DNA of 64,000 nucleotides from Candidatus Enterousia sp. (GTDB lineage Bacteria > Pseudomonadota > Alphaproteobacteria > Rs-D84): NCBI GenBank assembly GCA_045530935.1, contig JAZSDC010000004.1, positions 3,212 to 67,211 on the forward strand, read 5' to 3'. Shown piece by piece: positions 8,382 to 17,247 of the stretch (its first letter is position 1; each line of letters begins with the position of its first letter). The notes under the pieces were generated by a model. It ran no database searches. It was not told where the DNA came from and was given only the letters and a program-made list of their open reading frames with translations. The position numbers and the translations under genes are program-made.

Positions 8382-9368
8382 ATGTTTGAGGATGTTGTTG
8401 TAGTGCAAAGTGCGGTTAGTGCGTTTAATAATGCGGCGCTGTATGGGCCTGCTTTTTTGTGGTGGGGGGTGTTGGCGCTTCCATTATTTGTAATCGCGTT
8501 TATGTTTGGGAAAGATTTGTTGGGGCGTATAGGATGGAATGATAATAATTTATTACAGCATGTGTCTGTTTGGACGGCACTGTTGATTTTTGTCTGGTGC
8601 TTGTTGTTTTCTGGGAACTATCACGTTTTACGTGATGATGTGTCTGTTTTGCCATTTGTAAACGGGGTCACTGTATTTCTGTCGTCAATGTTTGTAATGT
8701 CGCATTGGCGCGACAGAATTTGTAAAATAAAAAAATGGCAGTTATTATTGGCCGTGATGGTGATTTTGCTTGCCAGTGTTGGGATGACAGTTCCTGTTTG
8801 GTGGTGGCCCCTGATACCAGTGGTAGCATTATTGATGGGGGGGCTGTTGGGGCGTTATTCGCGTGGAGAAATGCGCCCAATGGCAGGAATTGTCTTAATC
8901 GGGTTAGTTGTTGGGTGTGCGATTTTGATGCAACCAGAATTCTATAGATTTGGTCAATTGGGGAATTTGACATATTTGCATTTGGGGATGTTGTTGTTGT
9001 GTGGTATCGTTGGTGCGGCTGTTGTGGCATTGGCGAACATTCAACCAGGTGGAAAAATCGGACGTACAGTTTATATAAAATTGAAATGGTTATTGCGCGT
9101 GTTTGGGGTCTTGGCTGCGGCGTTGTTTTTGTTAACCGAAGCGGTTCCTGTATTTGTTGGGGCATTGTTGGTGATTTTTGTTTTGTTGGTCTTGTCAATT
9201 AGATATTCTGATAAAACATCAGCTGGCTTATTAGATAAAATGTTTGCAGTTTTTTTGATGCTGTTGGGCGTGTTGACAGTAATGCCTGTTATAACGGTAC
9301 TGGGGATTTTGTATTGGGTAAATACCCCATCTGTTGAATTTTGGCGAAATTTTAGGCGTTTGTTATAA
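8382..9368 (+). CDS. Polytopic inner-membrane protein, function unknown
   Basis: 328 aa with roughly 9-10 hydrophobic spans. No recognisable catalytic motif. Confidence 0.6.
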   Translation: MFEDVVVVQSAVSAFNNAALYGPAFLWWGVLALPLFVIAFMFGKDLLGRIGWNDNNLLQHVSVWTALLIFVWCLLFSGNYHVLRDDVSVLPFVNGVTVFLSSMFVMSHWRDRICKIKKWQLLLAVMVILLASVGMTVPVWWWPLIPVVALLMGGLLGRYSRGEMRPMAGIVLIGLVVGCAILMQPEFYRFGQLGNLTYLHLGMLLLCGIVGAAVVALANIQPGGKIGRTVYIKLKWLLRVFGVLAAALFLLTEAVPVFVGALLVIFVLLVLSIRYSDKTSAGLLDKMFAVFLMLLGVLTVMPVITVLGILYWVNTPSVEFWRNFRRLL

Positions 9369-9451
9369 TTTGTTATATTTATTGAATACAAAATTGCGTT
9401 CGTATAATGTACTATTTGGGTGTTAATTAATTAAAAAAAGTAGGTTTTGTT

Positions 9452-10252
9452 ATGACAATACATCCAACGGCGATTATTCATGAGAGTGCAAAATTGGGCG
9501 CAGACTGTAAAATTGGCCCATATTGTATTATTGGGGCAAATGTAGTTTTAGGTGATCGGGTAGAATTGGTTTCTCATGTTGTGTTAGAAGGGAATACAAT
9601 AATTGGTGATGATTCTATTGTTTATCCGTTTGCAGTTGTCGGCGTTATGAGCCAGGATTTAAAATGGCAAGATGAAAACACAATGACAGGGGTACGTATC
9701 GGTAAACGTTGTAAAATTCGTGAATATGTAACGATACATTCTGGAACGCCCGCATCAGATGGCACTGTTATTGGGGATGATTGTCAGATTATGGTGAATG
9801 CGCATGTCGCACATGATTGCAAGGTTGGTAACAGTGTGGTTATGTCGAATCTGGTTCAATTGGCAGGTCATGTAGAGGTAGAAGATTTCGCGATTATTAG
9901 TGGTGGTGCAATGGTTCTGCAATTTGCGCGTATTGGTCGAAATGCCTTTATCGGGGGGATGTCTGGTGTTGGTAATGATGTGCTGCCGTATGCGATTTAT
10001 GACGGCTGCCCGCGTGCCGTATATCGTACAATTAACCGTGTTGGTTTGATGCGTCATGGTTTTACAAACGAAGATATGCATGCGATACATGCAGTGTATT
10101 CTGCGGTATTTCATGGTGGTGAAGGCACTGTTTCAGAACGTTTGGCCAAGGTGCGCAAGGAAGTAAAAAACAATAAATACGCAATGGATGCTATTGATTT
10201 TATAGAAAATCGTTCAAAGCGCGGTATTGGAACGTCTAAAAATGCAGAATAA
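9452..10252 (+). CDS. lpxA: Acyl-ACP--UDP-N-acetylglucosamine O-acyltransferase
   Basis: IHPTAIIHESAKLG, then hexapeptide repeats, PQDLK-type SQDLKW and IREYVTIHSGT. Confidence 0.93.
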   Translation: MTIHPTAIIHESAKLGADCKIGPYCIIGANVVLGDRVELVSHVVLEGNTIIGDDSIVYPFAVVGVMSQDLKWQDENTMTGVRIGKRCKIREYVTIHSGTPASDGTVIGDDCQIMVNAHVAHDCKVGNSVVMSNLVQLAGHVEVEDFAIISGGAMVLQFARIGRNAFIGGMSGVGNDVLPYAIYDGCPRAVYRTINRVGLMRHGFTNEDMHAIHAVYSAVFHGGEGTVSERLAKVRKEVKNNKYAMDAIDFIENRSKRGIGTSKNAE

Positions 10253-11375
10253 GAAATTAAAAGTTTTTATAATTGCAGGTGAAGTTTCTGGTGATGTTTT
10301 GGGTGGGCGCATAATGTCCGAAATGCCAGATGTTGAATTTGTTGGCATTGGGGGCGAAAATATGCAGGCCCATGGATTGCATTCATTGTTTCCAATGTCT
10401 GATTTGGCGGTAATGGGTGCGGTTGAGGTTTTAGCGCATGCGCGTACATTGACGCGTCGTATTCGTGAAACTGTTGATGCGATAATTAATGAAAAACCAG
10501 ATGTGGTTGTGTCAATTGATGCGCCTGGTTTTGTAAAAAGCGTTATCAAACAAATCCGCAAACGTACAGATGGGTGCAGTCTGATTGAAAACGGGTTAAA
10601 GTTTCATCATGTTGTTGCGCCCCAAGTGTGGGCATGGCGTGCGGGGCGCGCAAAGAAATATGCGCGTATGTTTGATAAATTGTATGCTTTTTTTGATTTT
10701 GAAGTGCCCTATTTTACGAAATATGGATTGGATACGGTGGCGGTTGGACACCCGATTTCGGATGCGCTGGTTGGAAAGTTTCGGCGCGTAAAAAATCAGA
10801 ATGAAAAAATTATAACGTTGGTTCCTGGCAGCCGTATGAGCGAGGTTAAGCGTCTGTTGCCATTGATGCGTGATACGGTTGATATGTTGTATCGAAATGG
10901 ATATATGGGATATAAATTTGTGATACCAACGGTTGAAACCACCGTGGAATATGTTAAGCAACAGGTTGAAAAATGGCCGGTTAAACCGGAATTAATCCCT
11001 GCGTCAAAGCGGTATGATATATATTCAAAAACATACATTGCAATTGTGGCCAGTGGTACTGTATCTGCGGAATTAGCAATGTTGCATATTCCAACAATTG
11101 TTGTTTATAAAATGAATCCGATAACCGCATGGTTGGTTCGTCAGATTATTCGTGTAAACTGGGTGTCATTAGTTAATATATTGTTGAATCGTTCTGTGTA
11201 TCCAGAATTCTTGGGGGCAGATGCGACTGTTGATAATGTTGTAAATGCGTTTCAATTGTTAACGATACCATCGAAACGCGAAAAAATGATATCTGACTTG
11301 AAAAGTGCAGATGAATTATGGCGACGTCCTGATGGGGCGCCCAGTGCATTGATTGCGGATGGAATAAAAAAATAA
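10242..11375 (+). CDS. lpxB: Lipid-A-disaccharide synthase
   Basis: KVFIIAGEVSGDVLGG N-terminal signature; 378 aa. ATG at 10242 overlaps the lpxA stop by 11 nt. Confidence 0.9.
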   Translation: MQNKKLKVFIIAGEVSGDVLGGRIMSEMPDVEFVGIGGENMQAHGLHSLFPMSDLAVMGAVEVLAHARTLTRRIRETVDAIINEKPDVVVSIDAPGFVKSVIKQIRKRTDGCSLIENGLKFHHVVAPQVWAWRAGRAKKYARMFDKLYAFFDFEVPYFTKYGLDTVAVGHPISDALVGKFRRVKNQNEKIITLVPGSRMSEVKRLLPLMRDTVDMLYRNGYMGYKFVIPTVETTVEYVKQQVEKWPVKPELIPASKRYDIYSKTYIAIVASGTVSAELAMLHIPTIVVYKMNPITAWLVRQIIRVNWVSLVNILLNRSVYPEFLGADATVDNVVNAFQLLTIPSKREKMISDLKSADELWRRPDGAPSALIADGIKK

Positions 11376-11376
11376 A

Positions 11377-11400
11377 AGCGCAAGTGTTGCGCTTTTATTT
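11377..11400. terminator. Bidirectional terminator between convergent lpxB and the 958-aa gene
   Basis: AGCGCAA-GTG-TTGCGCT flanked by an A-run and a T-run. Confidence 0.6.
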
Positions 11401-11405
11401 TTAAG

Positions 11406-14282
11406 CTATTGTATTGCTTCTGGTATTACTAGTAAGGCGTCTTTATCCAATTCTTTGGCGTCTTCTTTGGCGTCTATGCTTATTAGCGTTCCGCCGTTGG
11501 CATTACTTACGATTGCGTTGTTTACAAGAGGGTGTGATACACGTTTGCCATCATCTTTTATACAATATGTTTGGTTTTCGTCTAATTCGCTCCCATCTGG
11601 GCAGCTTAGGCATTGGGCTTTATTTTTTTCAGATTGGGTCGAACCTTTGGGGCAGAATAAACAATACTCGCCAGTTTCAGATAAGGTTTCCCCGTCTTTG
11701 CATATGCGACATTCTGGTCCTGGTTTGAAAAATAGTTTTGCGCCGCCTGTGCACATGTAGTATTGACCGTTATAGAAGTCGTACTCATAGTCGTACTCAG
11801 CTTTTTTCCGGGGATAGCACATGTCATTATATATTATATCATCTGAACTCGGACAGATTGCGCAGTTCTTTGAATTAAGTGGACAAACACGATTTGTTTT
11901 TGTCATGTATTCTCCCGATGCGATACACCAAGAATTTTCAGAAAAATCAGCGGATGTACTTGTTGTTGTGTGGATTGAATTATCACAACTGGCGTCGTTT
12001 GCATACGCTTCTTTGGTGGTAACTTCATATGTTTCATCTTCGCTAAGGTATGTTTCAGTTATTGTTTTGATAATTGCTGTAGGTAATGCGGCGACACATT
12101 TTGCAGATTTGCCCCATTTGCTGCGGCGGCCACCGTTTTCCCAGCATAAACATGCGCCCCATGATTTGGTATCAACGCTTAGCTCATAATTTTGTGGGCA
12201 CATATTTTCTTTATCGGCAATTCCATAGAATGGTGCCAGATTTTTGTATGGCGAATTATCATTGCGAAATTGTGATATACATGGCTGGTCCGTTTTGTAT
12301 GCTTTTGTATTAATGAATTTTGGTTCAACAAAGCGTCCATATACATTCATGCATTGTGTGGACAGTATTGACATAACCTGGTTATAAACTTCGGTTGCGA
12401 CACCGCTTGGGCGCAGTTCGTATTTCTTTTCGTTGTATCCATAAGAATCATCTTTCAAATCGAATCCACCGAATACTTTTTCGATAAGATTTTCATCCTG
12501 GCAGGCGGATATTTTGCTTAGCTGTTTTGCGCATTCGGATACGTATTCGTTTTCAGTGCCCGATTTTTTTAGTGTAAACCAATCCCATGCTTTGCCTTGT
12601 TCAAACAGGCCACTGTATGGGTAATAGAAATTTTCATAATTTGTTCCGCCATATCTGTCAAAGCATTGTTTTGCAACGGCACGACATGCTGTTTCCAGGT
12701 CTGTATCTTTTATGTTTTCGACATAAGCGGTAATAATGTTGTCATTGAACATGTTGTTACATGATTGGATATAATCACTACAAATTTCTTGGTTCAGCGT
12801 AATTTTGTCAGGCTGTAATCCTACGGAATTTGTTGAATTAATACCGGACGCGGCGTTGTTTAATGCACTGGTTGTATCGGCATAGCATGATGATATGTAA
12901 TGAAAACAGTTTTGTTTGATTTCTGAAACTTTATCCTTTTGTGAATAATATATGGCCAGCATTGCTTTGTCCAGGTATTCAGACCATACGAAATCGGCGT
13001 TTTCGACACATTTGTCTAATGCATCTGCGGCAAATTTTTTTACACGGTTTTCGAAATTTGTAACAAATTGACGGTTTACAGGATTTTTTGCCAATTTTTG
13101 GTTCGCAGCTTCGACGCCATCGCTGAACACCAGCATTGTTTCCAATTTATAGAAATCTTTGACGCCGGTGATTGGTGCGCCTGTGGTTATATCGATGAAT
13201 TCGCCGCTGTCCAGGCATTTATGATAGTTTGCGCCACAGACTTCTTCGCTAAGTATTGCGGCTTCGACTTCGTTTATGCATGTTGTTATATCCGAAGAGT
13301 TATGTTTTTGACGGTTTTCAACACGCGCCAGATCTAACATAGCGCTGCCTTCGCGGACAGATTTTTTTAGTTTTTGTTGTGTGTTTTCGAATGCCGCCTG
13401 GACTGTGTTGCAATCTTGTTCGATTGCCATCAGGTATGCAGTAATTGCGCGTTGCAGTGATGCGTTGTTGCAATCTGCGCGTACTGCATTCCGGCATTGT
13501 GGGTACACCGCGTTATACAGACCAATGCCGTTGTATGATGCGATTGCCTGGCCAACGTCGGTCATGCCAAACGCATTGACGGAGTCAAAAGATATATTAA
13601 CGCTGTTCAGGCTGGAATATTTTCCGCTGACTTCGCTGTTGTCGCCACGGATAGAATTCATGATTGCCTGTAATAATGATTTTGATGCCAGGGTTCCGTC
13701 TGTCAGGGCCTGTTCCCCTTCGGTTTCGTTGCGCATTGCCGCCGCCTGGGCCGCGGTCATGCCGACAACTTCTAGATTTTCGGTAAATACAGTTAATTGG
13801 TCGTTGGCCTGTTGCAGTGTTTGGCGAAAGTCAATTAAATCATAAACGCGTTCACTGCAAGAACAACGTCGATAATCATCGTTTTTTATCGCGCAAAATT
13901 GGTCCATGCACGCAAAATATGTGTTCTTGCATTGTTCGTATTCTGCACCAGTGCGCGTTTCTGACATCGAGGATTGTGTATTTGTGGTGTTACGTGCGAC
14001 GATGGATGATGTTTTTCGTTGCCCAGATTGTGGGGTTTTGGTGCGATTCGTTGCTGCGCGTGATTTTGTTTCTGAATTTTTTTGTGCGGGTGTATTTGAA
14101 CGCGAAACAGTCTGCTTGGTTGTGCGTGATACAGATGCGCGTTTTGTGGTTGTGCGTGGCGTCATAACAGATGAATTTTTTTGTGTCTGTTGACGTGTAA
14201 GCGTTGTGCCATCACGAACAGCGGCATTGGCAAAGCCAATACACACCAATAGATTTATGGCAAAAATCAGAATTTTCTTCAT
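11406..14282 (-). CDS. Large secreted Cys-rich protein, unknown family (paralog of 54030-56510)
   Basis: Signal peptide MKKILIFAINLLVCIGFANA, an ~100-aa basic S/T/R/K-rich tract, then the conserved core CxxxYxxCMDQFCAxxxDxYRRCxCSxR... shared with the 826-aa ORF. The C-terminus has CxxC-rich repeats. Confidence 0.8.
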   Translation of the reverse strand: MKKILIFAINLLVCIGFANAAVRDGTTLTRQQTQKNSSVMTPRTTTKRASVSRTTKQTVSRSNTPAQKNSETKSRAATNRTKTPQSGQRKTSSIVARNTTNTQSSMSETRTGAEYEQCKNTYFACMDQFCAIKNDDYRRCSCSERVYDLIDFRQTLQQANDQLTVFTENLEVVGMTAAQAAAMRNETEGEQALTDGTLASKSLLQAIMNSIRGDNSEVSGKYSSLNSVNISFDSVNAFGMTDVGQAIASYNGIGLYNAVYPQCRNAVRADCNNASLQRAITAYLMAIEQDCNTVQAAFENTQQKLKKSVREGSAMLDLARVENRQKHNSSDITTCINEVEAAILSEEVCGANYHKCLDSGEFIDITTGAPITGVKDFYKLETMLVFSDGVEAANQKLAKNPVNRQFVTNFENRVKKFAADALDKCVENADFVWSEYLDKAMLAIYYSQKDKVSEIKQNCFHYISSCYADTTSALNNAASGINSTNSVGLQPDKITLNQEICSDYIQSCNNMFNDNIITAYVENIKDTDLETACRAVAKQCFDRYGGTNYENFYYPYSGLFEQGKAWDWFTLKKSGTENEYVSECAKQLSKISACQDENLIEKVFGGFDLKDDSYGYNEKKYELRPSGVATEVYNQVMSILSTQCMNVYGRFVEPKFINTKAYKTDQPCISQFRNDNSPYKNLAPFYGIADKENMCPQNYELSVDTKSWGACLCWENGGRRSKWGKSAKCVAALPTAIIKTITETYLSEDETYEVTTKEAYANDASCDNSIHTTTSTSADFSENSWCIASGEYMTKTNRVCPLNSKNCAICPSSDDIIYNDMCYPRKKAEYDYEYDFYNGQYYMCTGGAKLFFKPGPECRICKDGETLSETGEYCLFCPKGSTQSEKNKAQCLSCPDGSELDENQTYCIKDDGKRVSHPLVNNAIVSNANGGTLISIDAKEDAKELDKDALLVIPEAIQ

Positions 14283-14365
14283 CTCTGATGAAAAGTTTAG
14301 CAAAAATGCACTTTTTAGTGCAAGTGAATAATATGATTTTACGTGGTATGAATTTTTTATTTTTC

Positions 14366-14395
14366 TTGTTGCAAAAAGTATAAAATTAATATAAC
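14366..14395 (+). promoter_or_regulatory. Possible sigma70-type promoter for the tRNA cluster
   Basis: TTGTTG (14366-71) - 18 nt - TATAAC (14390-95), about 14 nt upstream of tRNA-Leu. Confidence 0.3.
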
Positions 14396-14408
14396 ATATC
14401 AGACGCTT

Positions 14409-14495
14409 GCGGATATGGCGGAATTGGTAGACGCGCTAGTTTCAGGTACTAGTGGTAGCAATACCTTGGAAGTTCGAGTCTTCTTATCCGCACCA
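14409..14495 (+). tRNA. tRNA-Leu (anticodon CAG)
   Basis: Class II cloverleaf folded by hand. Anticodon stem CTAGT/ACTAG, loop TTCAGGT, long variable arm, encoded CCA. Confidence 0.9.
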
Positions 14496-14503
14496 TGTTT
14501 GTC

Positions 14504-14579
14504 GGGGTTGTAGCTCAGTTGATAGAGCGCTACGTTCGCATCGTAGAGGTCGTGGGTTTGAGTCCCATCAGCTCCACCA
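14504..14579 (+). tRNA. tRNA-Ala (anticodon CGC)
   Basis: Anticodon stem CTACG/CGTAG, loop TTCGCAT. G3:U70 alanine identity pair is present. Encoded CCA. Confidence 0.9.
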
Positions 14580-14601
14580 GGTTTTTCAGAAACAAGTCTT
14601 C

Positions 14602-14688
14602 GGGGATATGGCGGAATGGTAGACGCTGAGGACTTAAAATCCTTTGGTCATTGCGACCGTGTGGGTTCAAGTCCCACTATCCCCACCA
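14602..14688 (+). tRNA. tRNA-Leu (anticodon UAA)
   Basis: Class II tRNA. Anticodon stem GAGGA/TCCTT, loop CTTAAAA, encoded CCA. Confidence 0.9.
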
Positions 14689-14723
14689 TAATTTCGCCAA
14701 ATATATTGGCGTCTTTCTGTTTT

Positions 14724-14800
14724 GGATGTGTAGCTCAGTTGGTTAGAGCGCTTCGTTCACATCGAAGAGGTCGTTGGTTCAAATCCAATCACATCCACCA
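14724..14800 (+). tRNA. tRNA-Val (anticodon CAC)
   Basis: Anticodon stem CTTCG/CGAAG, loop TTCACAT, T-loop GGTTCAAATCC, encoded CCA. Confidence 0.9.
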
Positions 14801-14810
14801 TTGTATATTA

Positions 14811-15779
14811 TTATTTTACTGGTATGCCTGTGGATAATATCAGAACTTTTTCGATCTTGCAGTTGTCGTCTGTTATTGGTGTTGCATTTGTTATTTTTTT
14901 GTTGTATCCGCCATCTTCAAACCCAATCATAACAAGATAATATTTCAGATTTTTACAAGCGCTAAAATGTGGCTTGTTTGCAGCTTTTTTCATGGCTTCG
15001 TATGTATCGCGTGGTGTGGGGCCTAATGCAAGGTAGGTTGTATTGGAAGAGCCAGATAGTGCCAGTCCGGGGAAGAACAGAGCTTTCTTAGTTGTTGTTT
15101 CGGGTAGCCGTAAATCGAGATCAATTGGATCTATGTGTACTGTAGTATGGTCTGATGGTAAGCTATTATCAATTTTCATTCCAGGATTAGTATCGTTTGA
15201 TGCAGACTTGTTACTATCATTAGTTTCTATTGTAGAAGTGTCTAACCAATATCTGCTCCTGTGGACGTCGGTGAATCCGTCGCTAAAATATTCGGTGCTT
15301 TCGCTGCAGAAAGAAAAAAGGATGCTGCCATTGCCATGGGCGTTGCTGATTTCTTGTCCCGAATTATAATTTGCCAAGCTGGCTAGTATGCCGATTGTTG
15401 CGTTCAGATGTTCGAATATTTGTCGTGGTTTAAAACGGATAATGTAATTGTCGTATTGTATGTCGTGGTCATTATCGCGTTTGATAAAAAAATCGCCCAA
15501 TTTTTTTGGACAAATAGTAAGTATTGCATTTGCAATGGGTTTTAACAGGTCGTTTTTGTTTATGCACAGCAGCTGCTGTTGATGTTCTTGTTTGTTATCA
15601 TATTTAGTTATGTTGTGTTCGGTAAGAACAGCATTTATAGCGGTCTTGAATGTGGGGTCGGTTGATATTTTTTCTAGGCATTCATTAACTGACAGCCCAT
15701 ATGATGCAGTTGAATATCCCAGTGTTACGATTGGAATTAATGCAAGTTTAAAAAAATTTATTATCTTGTTTACTGACAT
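14811..15779 (-). CDS. Secreted hypothetical protein (322 aa)
   Basis: N-terminal hydrophobic signal (LALIPIVTLGYSTASYG). 10-nt overlap with the upstream gene. The stop lies 10 nt from the tRNA-Val 3' end. No recognisable domain. Confidence 0.6.
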   Translation of the reverse strand: MSVNKIINFFKLALIPIVTLGYSTASYGLSVNECLEKISTDPTFKTAINAVLTEHNITKYDNKQEHQQQLLCINKNDLLKPIANAILTICPKKLGDFFIKRDNDHDIQYDNYIIRFKPRQIFEHLNATIGILASLANYNSGQEISNAHGNGSILFSFCSESTEYFSDGFTDVHRSRYWLDTSTIETNDSNKSASNDTNPGMKIDNSLPSDHTTVHIDPIDLDLRLPETTTKKALFFPGLALSGSSNTTYLALGPTPRDTYEAMKKAANKPHFSACKNLKYYLVMIGFEDGGYNKKITNATPITDDNCKIEKVLILSTGIPVK

Positions 15780-16528
15780 TTTGTTAAATCTAATATTTTT
15801 AGTTTTGGTTCTGGTTTCTTGGCAATGTTGATTTGTATCGGTTGATATGCATGGGATTCTTTGTATGGGGTGTATCCCTGGGCCCGGTTCATTCGTTGTT
15901 CTTCGATTGAAAAATCTGAATATGTTGTAGGAAAATCTGTAAAAACAACGTCGTGTTCAATTGGATCGCCTGTTTCTTGGCGCAGGGACTTTAATTCCGC
16001 GGCGCGTTGGGTCGAATCGGCTGCCCATTCGGGGGTGTGGGTCGGTATAGATACCTGATTTGTTAGCGCTCTGTGTTTGGATGGCGTTGGGGCGGTTGTG
16101 CCCTGCCCGCCTGTGGTTATGACGGGGGTTCTATTCTTGGTATATTCGGTGAACAGTACATCAATGTATCCACCACATGCCGTCGCATAATTCCCCGTTG
16201 GTATGCGTGATAATTGCAGCATTATCGCAGGACGAATGTCAGATACGGTCGCAGATACGCAATTGTTTAACAGTTTGCATTGGTTCGAAATTAATGCCGT
16301 TACAACTTGACGGCATTGTGCCAATGAAATTTCTGGGCCGGTGGCATATACCGGTGTAGGCATGCGCAAATTATACGGTGAATCAGGTGTCCAAAACGGA
16401 TTCGAAGAATAGTTTTGAACCGTCTGAATATTGCCATATTTAGAGAAAGGTACACTGCCCCATGCGTGCGAATTAATAACGCATGATAATATAAATGTGT
16501 TTAGTAAGATTTTGTAAGCGCCCCTCAT
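15770..16528 (-). CDS. Secreted hypothetical protein; N-terminal domain paralogous to the 21518-23206 product
   Basis: Signal peptide MRGAYKILLNTFILSCVINSHA, then YGNIQTVQNYSSNPFWTPDSPYNLRMPTPVYATGPE...SDIRPAIMLQLS..GNYATAC. Start 16528 aligns its signal-peptide length with the paralog. Confidence 0.7.
   Translation of the reverse strand: MRGAYKILLNTFILSCVINSHAWGSVPFSKYGNIQTVQNYSSNPFWTPDSPYNLRMPTPVYATGPEISLAQCRQVVTALISNQCKLLNNCVSATVSDIRPAIMLQLSRIPTGNYATACGGYIDVLFTEYTKNRTPVITTGGQGTTAPTPSKHRALTNQVSIPTHTPEWAADSTQRAAELKSLRQETGDPIEHDVVFTDFPTTYSDFSIEEQRMNRAQGYTPYKESHAYQPIQINIAKKPEPKLKILDLTKCQ
16341..16420. repeat. 80-bp segment identical to 23019-23098
   Basis: GTGGCATATACCGGTGTAGGCATGCGCAAATTATACGGTGAATCAGGTGTCCAAAACGGATTCGAAGAATAGTTTTGAAC is identical at both loci, while the flanking paralogous sequence is diverged. 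Confidence 0.95.
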
Positions 16529-16621
16529 ACCCTGTATATTATAACAAAAAAGCATTTGAATGAAAAGATAAAAAACATATGTTGCGCGGGATTTTTGGGG
16601 CGCCCCCGGCAGATGTTTATG

Positions 16622-16649
16622 TTGACAATTTCTTTTTTTTAGCTATATT
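16622..16649 (+). promoter_or_regulatory. Sigma70-type promoter; predicted leaderless transcript for the 16657 gene
   Basis: TTGACA (16622-27) - 16 nt - TATATT (16644-49). The ATG at 16657 is only 7 nt after the -10 element and has no SD. Confidence 0.45.
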
Positions 16650-16656
16650 TCATGCC

Positions 16657-17247
16657 ATGAATAATGTTGAAAAAAAATCTTTGTCTGGGATTGTATCTTT
16701 GCGGGATATGTTGGAATACAGCATGACAAATGATTTTGTTTTTCATGGGTCGCCTGTTAAATTAACCCCAGGAACAGATTTTTTGATTCCGCATTGCGCA
16801 TTGCGTGAACGGGTTAATCGCGTGTATTTGGCAAATTTCCCCCAGGCATTGCGGTTTGCGTTGGTGCGTGGTTGGGGACGTGATCAGCAATATGGACAGG
16901 ATTTTTATGTTTTTGCGACTGAAAAATACAGGTTGGTAATTTATTCCGCCAGAGAGGTCGGTGATAATTGGTATGATATGCCGGTTAATAAATCTGCGTA
17001 TTTGTATGCGGTGGCGCGCCGCGACCTGGGTGGGGATGTCGATTCCACAGGATGTGCGCGGAAAAAATTGCCAATCGTTGCACGTGCAACAATTAATCAG
17101 GCAGAATTGGCGAATGCAGGTTTTTCTTTTGCAGGCGAAACAGATTTATCAACCGTACGTTGGTGGGGTGTCAGAAATTCTGATGATGTAATATTGCGTG
17201 ATGTTTTGCCCCTGTTGCCATGTGTTTCAAAACGTAATCAGCGCTAG
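16657..17247 (+). CDS. Hypothetical cytoplasmic protein (196 aa)
   Basis: ORF 16579..17247. ATG at 16657 (MNNVEKKS) fits the promoter. No signal peptide and no recognised motif. Confidence 0.55.
   Translation: MNNVEKKSLSGIVSLRDMLEYSMTNDFVFHGSPVKLTPGTDFLIPHCALRERVNRVYLANFPQALRFALVRGWGRDQQYGQDFYVFATEKYRLVIYSAREVGDNWYDMPVNKSAYLYAVARRDLGGDVDSTGCARKKLPIVARATINQAELANAGFSFAGETDLSTVRWWGVRNSDDVILRDVLPLLPCVSKRNQR

Noticed and set aside
8668-9198. Long antisense ORFs inside confident genes (for example 8668..9198, 13381..13845, 20164..20637, 24907..25395, 25900..26241 with GSGSGS repeats, 48496..48966, 57204..57728)
   Set aside because: Each lies opposite a much longer ORF that has clear family motifs or signal peptides. 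The GSGS ORF is simply the reverse complement of the (EP)n repeat.
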